Source: Nitrospinaceae bacterium (GTDB lineage: Bacteria > Nitrospinota > Nitrospinia > Nitrospinales > Nitrospinaceae). Taken from it: a stretch of 64,000 bases of DNA. Location: NCBI GenBank assembly GCA_965223665.1, contig OZ245011.1, positions 3,520,001 through 3,584,000 on the forward strand. The letters run 5' to 3'. How positions within the stretch are numbered: position 1 is the first letter of the stretch; each line of letters opens with the position of its first letter. Below the pieces are notes generated by a model. It searched no databases, had not been told where the DNA came from, and saw only the letters and a list, made by a program, of their open reading frames with translations. Positions 48,926-59,282 of this stretch are shown in pieces. The translations under genes were made by a program, and so were the position numbers.

Positions 48926-51350
48926 GGGATGGCTGAGTTGCTTTACAAACGTCCCCATTATCATTCATTTTGTTCCACAGGGCTCTGGCTGAATTGTGGG
49001 ATGGATAATACTCAAGGCATTTTTTTAGCATTGTTTTTTTTTCCTCATTTTGAGAAAGGAGTGCCAATCGATACCATGCGCTTCCCAACAGGGATTTGGC
49101 TTTAAAAGTAGCTGTGCATTTTCGAAAAAGTAGTTTGGCCTCTTGGGATCTTCCTTGTTTTTCTAAAGACGAGGCGATGGCATAAGCCAATCTTTCGTTG
49201 TCAGGGTTTTCCTCTATCAAATAATTAAATGTTTCGATTTCGGGCCGCTTATCACTATCGATTTTCGCCAAAGCGAGGGCCGCTGAAACGCGGATCCATC
49301 CTTCGCCAGCAGTTTTGCCACTACGCTTCCAGGCTTTTTTATAAAACCTTTTTGCTTCTTTTATTTGGTTCTTTTTAAGCAGTAATTGGCCATCTTGTTC
49401 TACTTTTAGCGCAATGATCTGTGCCAATGTTTCATTTGTTGAGTCTTTGTTAAAATATAAATTCAATGTTTCTAATTCTGATCGTTTATCAGAATCTATT
49501 TTAGCTATCGCCTGAGCCGAACGGGTTCGGATCCATTCTTCACCCGAATGTGGACCGTTCTGAGAAGTTCTCCAGGCTTGAACATAAATTTTCCTGGCAT
49601 GAACTAATTTCTTTTGGGCAAGTAAAGTGTCGGCAATAGGAAGCCAAAATGCCACGTGTTCTGACATAGCTTTCGATACAAGCTTAAAAAGCTTAAGCGC
49701 TTTAGAATATTTTTTCATTTTTTGAAAGACTAGCCCCTTAATAAACTGTGATTCTAGACTTTGTCCGAATAAGGACTCCTCTTCTTTTATTAATTGATCG
49801 GCTTCTTGAAGCTTTTGATCATCTAATTTAAGTTTTGCTTTTAATAAATTTAGATGAGGGTGATTGGGGATGAGGTTAATGAGTTCTTTGAAATTGAATT
49901 CAGCATCTAAACCAAATAAAGGGTGGCGAAATAAATGAGAAGTTAAGCCAATGCCAAAAAGATCCATGTGGGTTTGTATATACTTAGCCGCTTTAGGTTT
50001 ATTGCCATTCTTAAATTGTTTAAGTGCTTTTTCTAATATTAGATGGGGGTGATTTGGCATCACTTCCAAAAGCTTTTCTGGTTGGTAAGTGAAAGAGTTT
50101 TGTTTTCGTATTTCACTAATTCCATCATGGTTGAAAAGGGAAGATGATATTTTAGGGTTTTTGCAAAATTGAATTAAAGGATCCAATACACGATCCCAAT
50201 AAAAGTTTTTCTTTTCCCTTGAAATATTCTTACGCATTTTTTTCATGGTTTTTGGGTTTGTGGCCATCCATTCAATCGCATCTGCCAACGCCTTATCATC
50301 CCCAAATGGAAAAACACATCCTAAATCCTTTTCTTTTACTAATTCGCTTTGAAAGTTTCCGGGATTGGTGAGTATTGGTAAATTAGCCCATAGATAGTCA
50401 ATCCCCCGGATACGAAAGCAAAAGTGATTTTCTATATGGTTAAAAAAGGTGGAAATTCCTGCGTCTGCTTCAGTTAGATAGTATTCGTGTTGATCATAAG
50501 GAACCCAATCTGAATAAATAAAAACATTTTTGTTGTAGATGCCTTTTTGTTTTGCTAGTTGAATAATTTCTTCGTAAGCGGGTGGAAGTTTATTCCAAAC
50601 AGGATGTTTTTTTCCGGTGAAAACCAACTTTGCATTTGGAAGGCGTTTTTTCAATCTTGCCATAGCCCGAATGGGAGTTAAACTGTCAAACCAATTGGCA
50701 AGTGACCCACCCCATACAATTAAAAAATCCTCTGATCCAACTCCAGGTATTTTATTTCGAAAAAGAGTCTTGCCCTTTTTGGGTTCGCGTCGAGGAAGTC
50801 CAAAATGGGCTACATCAATCAAATTTCGAAATTGAGGATCTTGGGGGTAATCATGGGGGCGCAATCGACCCAATTGAGTAAGCATACCCAGATAAAAATC
50901 TCGGATTTTTTCATTGGGGCATAAAAAAAAGTCTGCTGACGTAAGAAGTCGAGTGACTCTCGATATAGAGTTTGCAAATCGGTCAGATTTTTCTTGAGAG
51001 TTGAACTCTCCAATAGGCATGCTTTCCAGGTTTTCAAAATATTCAGGAACAAGTAAATCGGCGACTATAGGTTTATTATATTTCTTGGCTACAGGAATGA
51101 CAGATAAAGAAATGGAATATACAGTGTTTGCCCAACGAATATCTTTTTCAAAGGTTGATGTTTGCTCGTAGATAATTTGTTTAATAGGAAAATTTTCTTT
51201 GTGGATGTCAACATGAAAAGGAGTAAGCAACCGAACTTTAAAGTGTTTGTTCAGAGTACGTGCAACTTGTAATTGCCGAATTCCCAATCCACCAATCTTG
51301 CCAGTGACAGGTTCAGTAGCAAATATGACAACGCGGTTAGGTTTGGGCAT
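48915..51350 (-). CDS. GT4-like (GT-B) glycosyltransferase with C-terminal TPR region
   Basis: GGLGIR, ADFFLC..EK.RDFYLG.L, WGGSLANWFD, FRIR..DYLWA.LP, GDDKALADAI. Confidence 0.85.
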   Translation of the reverse strand: MPKPNRVVIFATEPVTGKIGGLGIRQLQVARTLNKHFKVRLLTPFHVDIHKENFPIKQIIYEQTSTFEKDIRWANTVYSISLSVIPVAKKYNKPIVADLLVPEYFENLESMPIGEFNSQEKSDRFANSISRVTRLLTSADFFLCPNEKIRDFYLGMLTQLGRLRPHDYPQDPQFRNLIDVAHFGLPRREPKKGKTLFRNKIPGVGSEDFLIVWGGSLANWFDSLTPIRAMARLKKRLPNAKLVFTGKKHPVWNKLPPAYEEIIQLAKQKGIYNKNVFIYSDWVPYDQHEYYLTEADAGISTFFNHIENHFCFRIRGIDYLWANLPILTNPGNFQSELVKEKDLGCVFPFGDDKALADAIEWMATNPKTMKKMRKNISREKKNFYWDRVLDPLIQFCKNPKISSSLFNHDGISEIRKQNSFTYQPEKLLEVMPNHPHLILEKALKQFKNGNKPKAAKYIQTHMDLFGIGLTSHLFRHPLFGLDAEFNFKELINLIPNHPHLNLLKAKLKLDDQKLQEADQLIKEEESLFGQSLESQFIKGLVFQKMKKYSKALKLFKLVSKAMSEHVAFWLPIADTLLAQKKLVHARKIYVQAWRTSQNGPHSGEEWIRTRSAQAIAKIDSDKRSELETLNLYFNKDSTNETLAQIIALKVEQDGQLLLKKNQIKEAKRFYKKAWKRSGKTAGEGWIRVSAALALAKIDSDKRPEIETFNYLIEENPDNERLAYAIASSLEKQGRSQEAKLLFRKCTATFKAKSLLGSAWYRLALLSQNEEKKTMLKKCLEYYPSHNSARALWNKMNDNGDVCKATQPSLKV

Positions 51351-53724
51351 GAATAACCTCTAATGAATTTAACATTCGTCTTGCTTCCCTGTGATTTGAA
51401 TTTTGTTTTAAACACTTTTCAAACATTGATTTCTGTTCGTCTAGGGGGGATAAGCGCGCTCTTCGGAACCAAGCGGCTGCCGATAAGTGCCCTGGTTTTA
51501 ACTTATCGGTCAATTCGGTAAATATTTTTAGCGCCTCCTTGTTTTGGCCGTAACGTTCTAAAGCCGACCCTAGGGAGTACATTAAATTTTGATTTTCTAA
51601 ATCTTCTAAATAATAGTTTTGAAGAGATTCGTGTTCTGGGATGGTATCTGATTGCAATTGGGCTAATAAAATGCAAGCCTGATTACGAATACTAGAAAAA
51701 TTGGGACTGCTGGCTTCTTTTCGAATTTTTTCAAGAATCATTTGTCCCTGTAATCTATCTCCAATTTCTATTTTGGCTTTAGCTAAATAATAATATAAGT
51801 CCCAATTCTTTGTATTTTCTTTTAGTGCTATTTCAAAGTGGTTGGCAGCTTGATGAAAATTTTTGTTGGCTTGGAGAATTAGACCTTGGACAAAATGAGT
51901 GGTTGTATTGTAATTATATTTTTCAATTTCTTTTTGGATATAAAATTCTGCTTCTTCTAAATTTCCCAGTTTTATATATTGCTTGGCTATTAGGGCCAGG
52001 AGTCCAGGGGAATTGGGAGAGTTTTCCACTAAATCCTTAAAAATCCTGATTGATTGGTCGATTTCACCCGATTCAGATAAGAGTTCGGATAAAAATAATT
52101 TCCCTTCGATATCATATGGATTCAATCTTAACATTTTTTTGCACTCAGTTAGGGCTTTTTTTAGCCTTCCATTTTGGACGTCTAATGAGTTAAGGCCAAA
52201 AGGGTTAATGTTCCCTGTTAATTTTTCCATAAGCTGAAGCTTTTTATGACCGGGCAAATTTAAGGGGTTTGAAGTGGGTTGGTTAATAGAGCTTAAGCGA
52301 TAGATAGGATACCGTGTTAACCAAACTTTGATTAGCTTATAGTGTAATCCAGTTATTTCTTTTAAAACTTCAATATTCAAATTTTGATAATTTTGAATCA
52401 GAATTAGGGGTTGATGTTTTATTAAGCCCCCAATAAAAGTATCAAAAAAATTAGTTTGGACAATATGAGTCCAGGGCCCAGAACAAAAGTGAATAAATGC
52501 ATCACTAGATGGACAATCAGTGTAATGAAAAATTTGAATGAAGTTTCCCCAAACGCAGATTCTTTTTCCTTTTTGACCTTTGATTTGTAAATATTTTTTT
52601 AGAACTTTGCTTAAATAAGGAATGTAGATCATTTGCTGAAACTTTCCATATTGTGATAAAGATTTTGGGGACATGGGATGTTTATAATAGGGAAAGGATT
52701 TGCGTAAGGACAAAAATACAGTGATGATTCCAAATAAGAAAAATGCGATTTGCAAAGGTAATGGTAATTTTAGTATGGCATTTAAAATAGTTCCCGAACC
52801 AACTGATAATAAACTGATCAAGGGCAAGTAATGATAGCGAGAATTACTTTTTTGAAACCACAACATTGCAAATGTTGTAAAAATAATTCCAAATAAAAAA
52901 AGTAGATTTTCAGCCCATAGTGTTAACAATAAGGAGGGAATCCCTAAAATCCAAATTGGAAGGGTTTCTTTTGTGATTGTTTTTATATCTCCCTTAAAAC
53001 GATCCAAAGTTGGGTTTAAATTTGCACAATTTAAAGTTGAAATCATTCTTGTTTTCATTTGATTCAAGGAAGTCTTGTCAAAATATCCTAGAAATGCATC
53101 TAAAATTAGGGCAATTGTCATAGGGGCGATAGAAATGAGAGAAAAACTTAAGGCTTCGCTGACGCCCACCATAGAGGCAATAGAAATGAAAAATACTGGC
53201 ACGTAAATGAAGGTAGTAACCTTTGTAAATATGGTTAAACCAAGAAAAATGGCTGATAGTGAAAAGTAATTTGGACCTAACAAAAATGAAATAATTGATG
53301 CAAGTAAAAAAGGTAAATAACATTGCTCAAAATTTATTGAAGATGATTCTAAATTTGGTGAGGTTGCAAAAAATCCATAAAACATACCCGCTATTCCACT
53401 TGCCCAAACATTCTTTGTTAATAAAAAGGCTGTGAAATAAACTAAAACGGAAGTAACACCATGTTGACAGGCTAAAAATTTCCGGATTCTTTGAATTCCT
53501 TTTTCAGGAGAACTTTGATAAAAAAGATTAATTAGGATCATCCGCCATACGGGATGCAAGAATAAAAAAGCATCTTTTTTCCATTTTAATCCTTCTTTTT
53601 GAAATCGAGCAATATAAGTAAATGTTGCAAAATCTTCATCCATGGGGAGATCCAGGAAAGGAATTCGCGAAAGAATTGCTATTCCAAAAACAAAGATAGA
53701 AATTGACAGGAAAACTATATCCAT
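51337..53724 (-). CDS. Multi-TM GT-C-like (ArnT/PMT-type) transferase with C-terminal TPRs
   Basis: Acidic DEDF after TM1, about 10 TMs, HYYLP, WGN...I.HY, then TPRs. Confidence 0.7.
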   Translation of the reverse strand: MDIVFLSISIFVFGIAILSRIPFLDLPMDEDFATFTYIARFQKEGLKWKKDAFLFLHPVWRMILINLFYQSSPEKGIQRIRKFLACQHGVTSVLVYFTAFLLTKNVWASGIAGMFYGFFATSPNLESSSINFEQCYLPFLLASIISFLLGPNYFSLSAIFLGLTIFTKVTTFIYVPVFFISIASMVGVSEALSFSLISIAPMTIALILDAFLGYFDKTSLNQMKTRMISTLNCANLNPTLDRFKGDIKTITKETLPIWILGIPSLLLTLWAENLLFLFGIIFTTFAMLWFQKSNSRYHYLPLISLLSVGSGTILNAILKLPLPLQIAFFLFGIITVFLSLRKSFPYYKHPMSPKSLSQYGKFQQMIYIPYLSKVLKKYLQIKGQKGKRICVWGNFIQIFHYTDCPSSDAFIHFCSGPWTHIVQTNFFDTFIGGLIKHQPLILIQNYQNLNIEVLKEITGLHYKLIKVWLTRYPIYRLSSINQPTSNPLNLPGHKKLQLMEKLTGNINPFGLNSLDVQNGRLKKALTECKKMLRLNPYDIEGKLFLSELLSESGEIDQSIRIFKDLVENSPNSPGLLALIAKQYIKLGNLEEAEFYIQKEIEKYNYNTTTHFVQGLILQANKNFHQAANHFEIALKENTKNWDLYYYLAKAKIEIGDRLQGQMILEKIRKEASSPNFSSIRNQACILLAQLQSDTIPEHESLQNYYLEDLENQNLMYSLGSALERYGQNKEALKIFTELTDKLKPGHLSAAAWFRRARLSPLDEQKSMFEKCLKQNSNHREARRMLNSLEVIHAQT

Positions 53725-53793
53725 ATGAAAACTTAGGACCCGATGGGAAGTAGAGATTTTAGGATATGGGGATTGTGATCTCCCTTAATGGTA

Positions 53794-53821
53794 AATTCGG
53801 TTTTAAGCGATAATTTCTTTA
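53794..53821 (-). promoter_or_regulatory. sigma28 (FliA)-like promoter
   Basis: TAAA-N16-ACCGAATT (preceded by C, followed by G) upstream of GT-C/TPR gene. Confidence 0.45.
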
Positions 53822-54001
53822 GATCACAGCTAAATGGGTATTTTTATTAAAAAAGAGCCCTGTACTTAATAGGTCGGTTCAAAAGCGTTGAAAGTTTGTA
53901 TAATAGAAACCCTAGAGTGTCTTTAGATTTAGTTTCTAATTATTAATTTAAGGAACCCTTGCTAAAAAGAAAAGTAAAAATTAGAAAAGGAGAGGTTTTT
54001 C

Positions 54002-55097
54002 ATGCTGGATGAATTTAAGAAGAATTTAAGTGACTTATCTCAGAGGATTGAACGGATTAGGGGGTTTCTTTGAAGTTGATAAAAAACAAAAAGAAATTGA
54101 AGCATTAGACCAAACAGTTTCAGGGGCTGATTTTTGGAATGATAATGAAGCGGCACAAAAAACCCTCCAAAAAAGAGCCTCATTGCAACGAAGTATTAAG
54201 CTTTGGAAAGATTTAGAAAAAGAAAGTGGAGATTTAGAGGCTTTGTTGATGTTAATTGAAGAGGAAAAGGACGATTCTCTTCTGGCAGAATGTGAGTCTT
54301 CACTACAGGCATTAGAAAAAAACCTTTCAGAAGTTGAACTCAAAGCAATGTTGTCTGGAGAAAATGATTCCAACAATGCGCTTTTAGCAATTAATGCTGG
54401 AGCCGGAGGTACTGAATCTCAAGATTGGGCAGATATGTTGTTACGCATGTACACTCGCTGGGGAGATCGTCAGGGATATAAATTTGAAATTTTGGATATG
54501 CAATATGGGGAAGAAGCAGGAATTAAAAGCGCACTGATTAACTTTGTTGGTGACTATGCTTACGGGTATCTAAAAGCCGAAAGTGGGGTTCACCGATTGG
54601 TTCGAATTTCTCCATTCGATGCGAATAAAAGGCGCCATACATCGTTTGCTTCTGTCTTTGTTTACCCGGAAATTGAAGAAGATATAGATGTAGATGTCAA
54701 AGAAGATGAATTAAGGATTGATGTATACCGTGCTTCAGGTCCGGGAGGGCAGGGGGTAAATACCACCGATTCAGCTGTGCGTATTACACATATCCCTACT
54801 GGAATTGTTGTGCAGTGTCAAAATGAGCGATCCCAGCACAAAAATAAATCCTCTTGCATGAAAGTATTAAAATCCCGGTTGCATGAGATTGAAAGGGAAA
54901 AAAAGGACGAGGAGCGAAAGTCCAAGGAGCAAGAAAAGAAAAAAATTGAGTGGGGCAGTCAAATTAGATCTTATGTTCTTCATCCATACAGAATGGTTAA
55001 AGATTTAAGGACCCAGGTGGAAAGTGGAAATGTAGATGCTGTTTTAGACGGTGATTTACAGAAATTTATTGAAGCCTATCTTTTAAAAGAAAATTAA
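54002..55097 (+). CDS. prfB: Peptide chain release factor 2 (programmed +1 frameshift at 54068-54073)
   Basis: ATG 54002 after AAGGAG; AGG GGG TTT CTT TGA site; SPF and GGQ motifs. Confidence 0.97.
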
Positions 55098-55129
55098 AAA
55101 AACATATCATTCAACTTAGTTCGAATAAC

Positions 55130-56140
55130 ATGAAAACTATTTTACATCCTTCTTTAGTTAATGATCCTTTAGGTGACCCAGGTCTTTTTGTGGATTTTCT
55201 CTATGAAAAAAGGGCTTTCTTATTTGATATGGGAGATTTGGCTGCTTTGACAAATGCACAACTTTTAAAAGTGAGTCATGTTTTTATAAGTCACACTCAT
55301 ATTGACCACTTTATTGGTTTTGACAGGTTCTTGCGGGTTGTGTTTGGTCGTGAAAAAACAATCCGCCTATATGGACCCAAAAATTTCATTAATAATGTCG
55401 AAGGAAAATTGGCTGGATTTACCTGGAATTTGGTCGAGAGGTACGATGAGTCCATTTCTCTATTGGTTACAGAAGTAAATGAAGATAGTAAAATTACAGC
55501 TACTTTTCGAGCAATTGATAGATTTAAAAGAACGAATGAATTTGAGGAATCTTTTGATGATGGACTTTTGTTTGAAGAACCCTCGTTGAAGGTTCATTGT
55601 GCCATTCTTCAACATAGAGTTCCATGCCTCGGGTTTTCCATTAATGAGAATTTCCATATAAATATTAATAAGGAAGAATTGTTGGCAAACGGTTGGCCTC
55701 CGGGGCCTTGGTTAGATGAGTTAAAGCGATGTGTTTTTGAAGAAGTCGAAAATGACCAATTGATTTCTGTTCCAGTAGAGCAAAATGAAAATCAATCCTT
55801 TCAGAAGATTTCTATGGGTAAATTAAAAGAAAAATTAATTACTATCACCCGTGGACAAAAAATCGCTTATATTGTGGACACCGTTTATACTGAAGAGAAC
55901 AATCGAAAGATTGTTGCTTTGATAAAGGGTGCGGATATTTTATTTTGTGAATCTCCGTTTATTGCTGAAGAAACAGAGCGTGCTCGAGACCGGTGCCACC
56001 TTACAACTGAACAGGCCGGTAACCTGGCCCGAATGGCAGGTGTCGGTCAACTCAAGATATTTCATTTTTCATCTCGGCATTCTCACCAAACTGAACGGCT
56101 TTATCAAGAAGCCGAGGCAGCCTTTCGAAATCAAGACTAA
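55130..56140 (+). CDS. RNase Z-like metallo-beta-lactamase fold protein
   Basis: LVNDPLGDPG, SHTHIDHFIG, DT, HLTT.QAG, FHFSSR. Confidence 0.8.
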   Translation: MKTILHPSLVNDPLGDPGLFVDFLYEKRAFLFDMGDLAALTNAQLLKVSHVFISHTHIDHFIGFDRFLRVVFGREKTIRLYGPKNFINNVEGKLAGFTWNLVERYDESISLLVTEVNEDSKITATFRAIDRFKRTNEFEESFDDGLLFEEPSLKVHCAILQHRVPCLGFSINENFHININKEELLANGWPPGPWLDELKRCVFEEVENDQLISVPVEQNENQSFQKISMGKLKEKLITITRGQKIAYIVDTVYTEENNRKIVALIKGADILFCESPFIAEETERARDRCHLTTEQAGNLARMAGVGQLKIFHFSSRHSHQTERLYQEAEAAFRNQD

Positions 56141-56170
56141 TTAGTCCTAATTTAGACTCTAAATACTTAA

Positions 56171-57682
56171 ATGTTGATTTTTGATATTTGCCTTCATATT
56201 TTTTGGGCATATGGATTAATTTCGATATTAAAGGTGATCCCTACCTATGGCGAAAGATTGGGATTATCTTTTCTTTTTGCATTTGCTTTAAAAAGTATTG
56301 AGATATTCTTTCTCCTTATTTTGGGTTTAAAATTAAATCCTATAAATCAATTCTTGGTGGTGTGGGTTGGTTTAGGGTTTACTTTAATAGTCTATTTAAA
56401 AATTAGTAATAATTGGCGAAAATCAAATAATTATTTTTTGCAGCGGTATGCCTTAAGATATCTATTAATCACGATACTAATTTTAGGAGTATTAACCTTC
56501 TACAGTATAAAAAACGCTCTTTTCTTCCCTATCACGGAACCAGATGGAATTTGGTATCAACTTCGGGGAATTGTTTATTTTTACGAATCAGATTTTAATA
56601 GTAGTTTGATTAATCCACAATACAGAGCTTATCCTCCATTTTTATCATTGATTTATGTTTGGATATTATCTTTTAAGGGTCAACAATTCACATGGTTATT
56701 CCCGATCTTTTATTTGTTGCTCCTAATAATATTTTTTTACAGGGTAAGGGCAAGCAGTTCAAATTTTAAGTTAGCAAGTGTTTTGGTACTCGTATTAGGA
56801 ACTACACCATACTTTTGGTGGCATAGTGTCCAGCCTGTTTTGAATTTAATTGCGGGGACTTTTTATGCTTTAGGACTGGTCTATTTTTTTGAATTGGTAG
56901 AGGCATGCTTTGGTGAATACTCTTTCAATTTGAAAAAAAATAATTTTGCGATAATTAGTGGAATTTGTTTTGGAATGTCTGCATGGACTAGACCGGAGTT
57001 TATTTTGTATTCAGCATTACCTATGGCCATTTTGATTTATTTAGTAACCCAATCAAAGAATTTTTTACAAAAAGAAAGATCTGAAATACTCCCAAAATTT
57101 ATGGTTCCCGGTTTAGGAATTCCTTCAATCTGGTATTTATGGATGAACGCCTTTATAGAAGAAATTCCCTTTTCTTCGCTGGGAATGTCAATTTTGTGTT
57201 TATCAATGTGGTTTTTGTTTGTTGCTGCCTTATTAAATTTAGTTCCTAAATCAAAAAATTTTTGGTTAGGGGGGATTGTATTTTCAGGATTTAGTTTTTT
57301 TGTTGCTTTATGGTTTCCTTCAAAAACTGAATTGACTCCATTTTCAGCATTAGGGATGGGAATTTTCAGAACAATTGGCTTTCAAATATTTTTTATGTTC
57401 ACAAGTGGGCTATTGGCTTTAATATTCATCCAAAAGTGGAGTGAATTAAGTATTTCAGTAAAAATGTTTTGCTGGCTTCTGCTTGGATATATAACCCTTC
57501 ACTTTGTCCTTTATACCTTGTTGCCAATGAGATCAGGAACAGTTGTTCAATACTTTGACAACCCTTTTATTTCACTTGGAGATGCTGTCAATAGTCCGGA
57601 TACCCGTGAACTATTGGCCATTTATCCTGCTTTTCTTTTTTTAATCAGCTTATTTCCCAGTGTGCGAAGGTCTTTTAAATGA
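56171..57682 (+). CDS. Polytopic membrane protein, GT-C-like
   Basis: About 13 TMs; PI.EPD..WY, YPP, WTRPEF; very AT-rich. Confidence 0.6.
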   Translation: MLIFDICLHIFWAYGLISILKVIPTYGERLGLSFLFAFALKSIEIFFLLILGLKLNPINQFLVVWVGLGFTLIVYLKISNNWRKSNNYFLQRYALRYLLITILILGVLTFYSIKNALFFPITEPDGIWYQLRGIVYFYESDFNSSLINPQYRAYPPFLSLIYVWILSFKGQQFTWLFPIFYLLLLIIFFYRVRASSSNFKLASVLVLVLGTTPYFWWHSVQPVLNLIAGTFYALGLVYFFELVEACFGEYSFNLKKNNFAIISGICFGMSAWTRPEFILYSALPMAILIYLVTQSKNFLQKERSEILPKFMVPGLGIPSIWYLWMNAFIEEIPFSSLGMSILCLSMWFLFVAALLNLVPKSKNFWLGGIVFSGFSFFVALWFPSKTELTPFSALGMGIFRTIGFQIFFMFTSGLLALIFIQKWSELSISVKMFCWLLLGYITLHFVLYTLLPMRSGTVVQYFDNPFISLGDAVNSPDTRELLAIYPAFLFLISLFPSVRRSFK

Positions 57683-58152
57683 TTCAATTGAACAAGGTCA
57701 CGGCTTATATGGGAATTGTGATTTTATTCAATTTAGTGGTGCTCTATACAATGTTTTTAAAACCAAGAGATGAATATATGAAAACACATTCCAATTGGAG
57801 TGAACGGGAAATTAAAGAAGATTCCGGAACGAGTGATCTCCCAAACATATTTGTTAATGATTATCAATTGGCCTACAAAATTAAAGATTGGACTCCCGAA
57901 AATTCCATTATTTGGATTGAGTCAAAAGAAAAAAAACCAATCAATAAATCAGTGGCAGGACAAGTTCTTTATCCGAGAAAAATAGTTTGGAACAATAAAA
58001 ATTTTTCAAATAACTATAAAAAACAAAAACATGCTCAAAGCAGAAACTATCTTATTTCTCATAAAATTTATATGCAAAAATGTAATCCTGAATTTAAAAT
58101 TAGGTACTTAAAAAATGAGTGGATACTCTGTGAAATTCCATATTTACAATAA
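57679..58152 (+). CDS. Hypothetical membrane-anchored protein
   Basis: N-terminal TM, LYPR motif; ATGA overlap with upstream gene. Confidence 0.6.
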   Translation: MIQLNKVTAYMGIVILFNLVVLYTMFLKPRDEYMKTHSNWSEREIKEDSGTSDLPNIFVNDYQLAYKIKDWTPENSIIWIESKEKKPINKSVAGQVLYPRKIVWNNKNFSNNYKKQKHAQSRNYLISHKIYMQKCNPEFKIRYLKNEWILCEIPYLQ

Positions 58153-59282
58153 GGATTTGTAAAGGTCTATGTATTGATCAATGATAGGTCCCCATCCAAA
58201 ATTTTGGCGAACCCGTTCGCGAAGCCTTGATCCAAAATCCAATCGAGTGTGTTTATCATTCAATTTCATTATTCGATCACAAATAGCATGGGGATCAGCC
58301 GGAATGGTATATCCAGTTTCCCCGGAAGTGACTAGTTCCAAAGCTACACCTACGGGAGTTGAAATGATGGGCAACCCATAAGCAGCGGCTTCTAGAAGAG
58401 GTTGTCCAAAATTTTCATAGGTCGAGGGGTAAACAAATACATCCGCATTTTTGTAATAACTCTGCATTTCTTCTCTTGATTTTTTCCCAGCAAAGACCAC
58501 ATTACTTTCAATGCCTGATTTCTGAACCAGACGGATTAATTCCATCATATAACCTTTTTTAGATGTACTGGAAGTAGTTTCCTCTCCGCCTACTATGGTT
58601 AATATAAAGGGTAGGGTCAATTTGCAAACAGCTCTTAGGATTAATTCGACACGTCGGACTCTAGCAATTCGTCCAGCAAATAATATTCGTAGAGGTCCAT
58701 CATGATTAAACTGCTTTTCCAGGGAATGGTTTGAAACATCTATACCCATAGGAATGATTCGGATTTTATGTTTGTTCACTCCAAATTCAACCGCATCCTC
58801 ATATTCCGCTTTGGATGAAACAACAATCGCATGGGCTTTTTTAACAGAGCGTCGCATAGTAAGGATATCGTAAAGTTTATAGGGAATTTGCGGCCATCCT
58901 GAAGGTAAATAACGCTTGTATCCTAGTAAAGAGCCATGAGAATTTAAAACTAAAGGTTTATTTTTTAAATGGGCAAAAAAAAAGCGTAGTCAGTTTGAAA
59001 GTTCCGATAATTATGACAGTGCATTATTTCGTAACGTCGGAGTTGGAAGAACATAGATAAACTGATGGCATAACGCATGATACGAAATTGAATCGGGACT
59101 CGTTTTATTGAAACAGGACCAATCATCTCTTTTTTGGGAAGAGATTTATCTACATCAAGATAAGTAGTAACAACCGGTGATGAAATTCCACGCAGCTCTA
59201 AATGTTTCGAGATTTCGTATGCCTGGTTGGATGGTCCGGTAATATTCGGTAAAAAAGTTTCAATTGTTCTTAATATTCTCAA
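58144..59282 (-). pseudogene. GT4 glycosyltransferase frameshifted at T9 tract (58975-58983)
   Basis: N-half (FLP..TGP, HCHNY) and C-half (FAGRI, YENFGQPLLEAAAYGLP) join into one frame if T9 becomes T10. Confidence 0.85.

Noticed and set aside
54030-54070. ORF-track N-terminus MTYLRGLNGLGGFF for RF2
   Set aside because: Artefact of the +1 frameshift; the real start is 54002 in another frame
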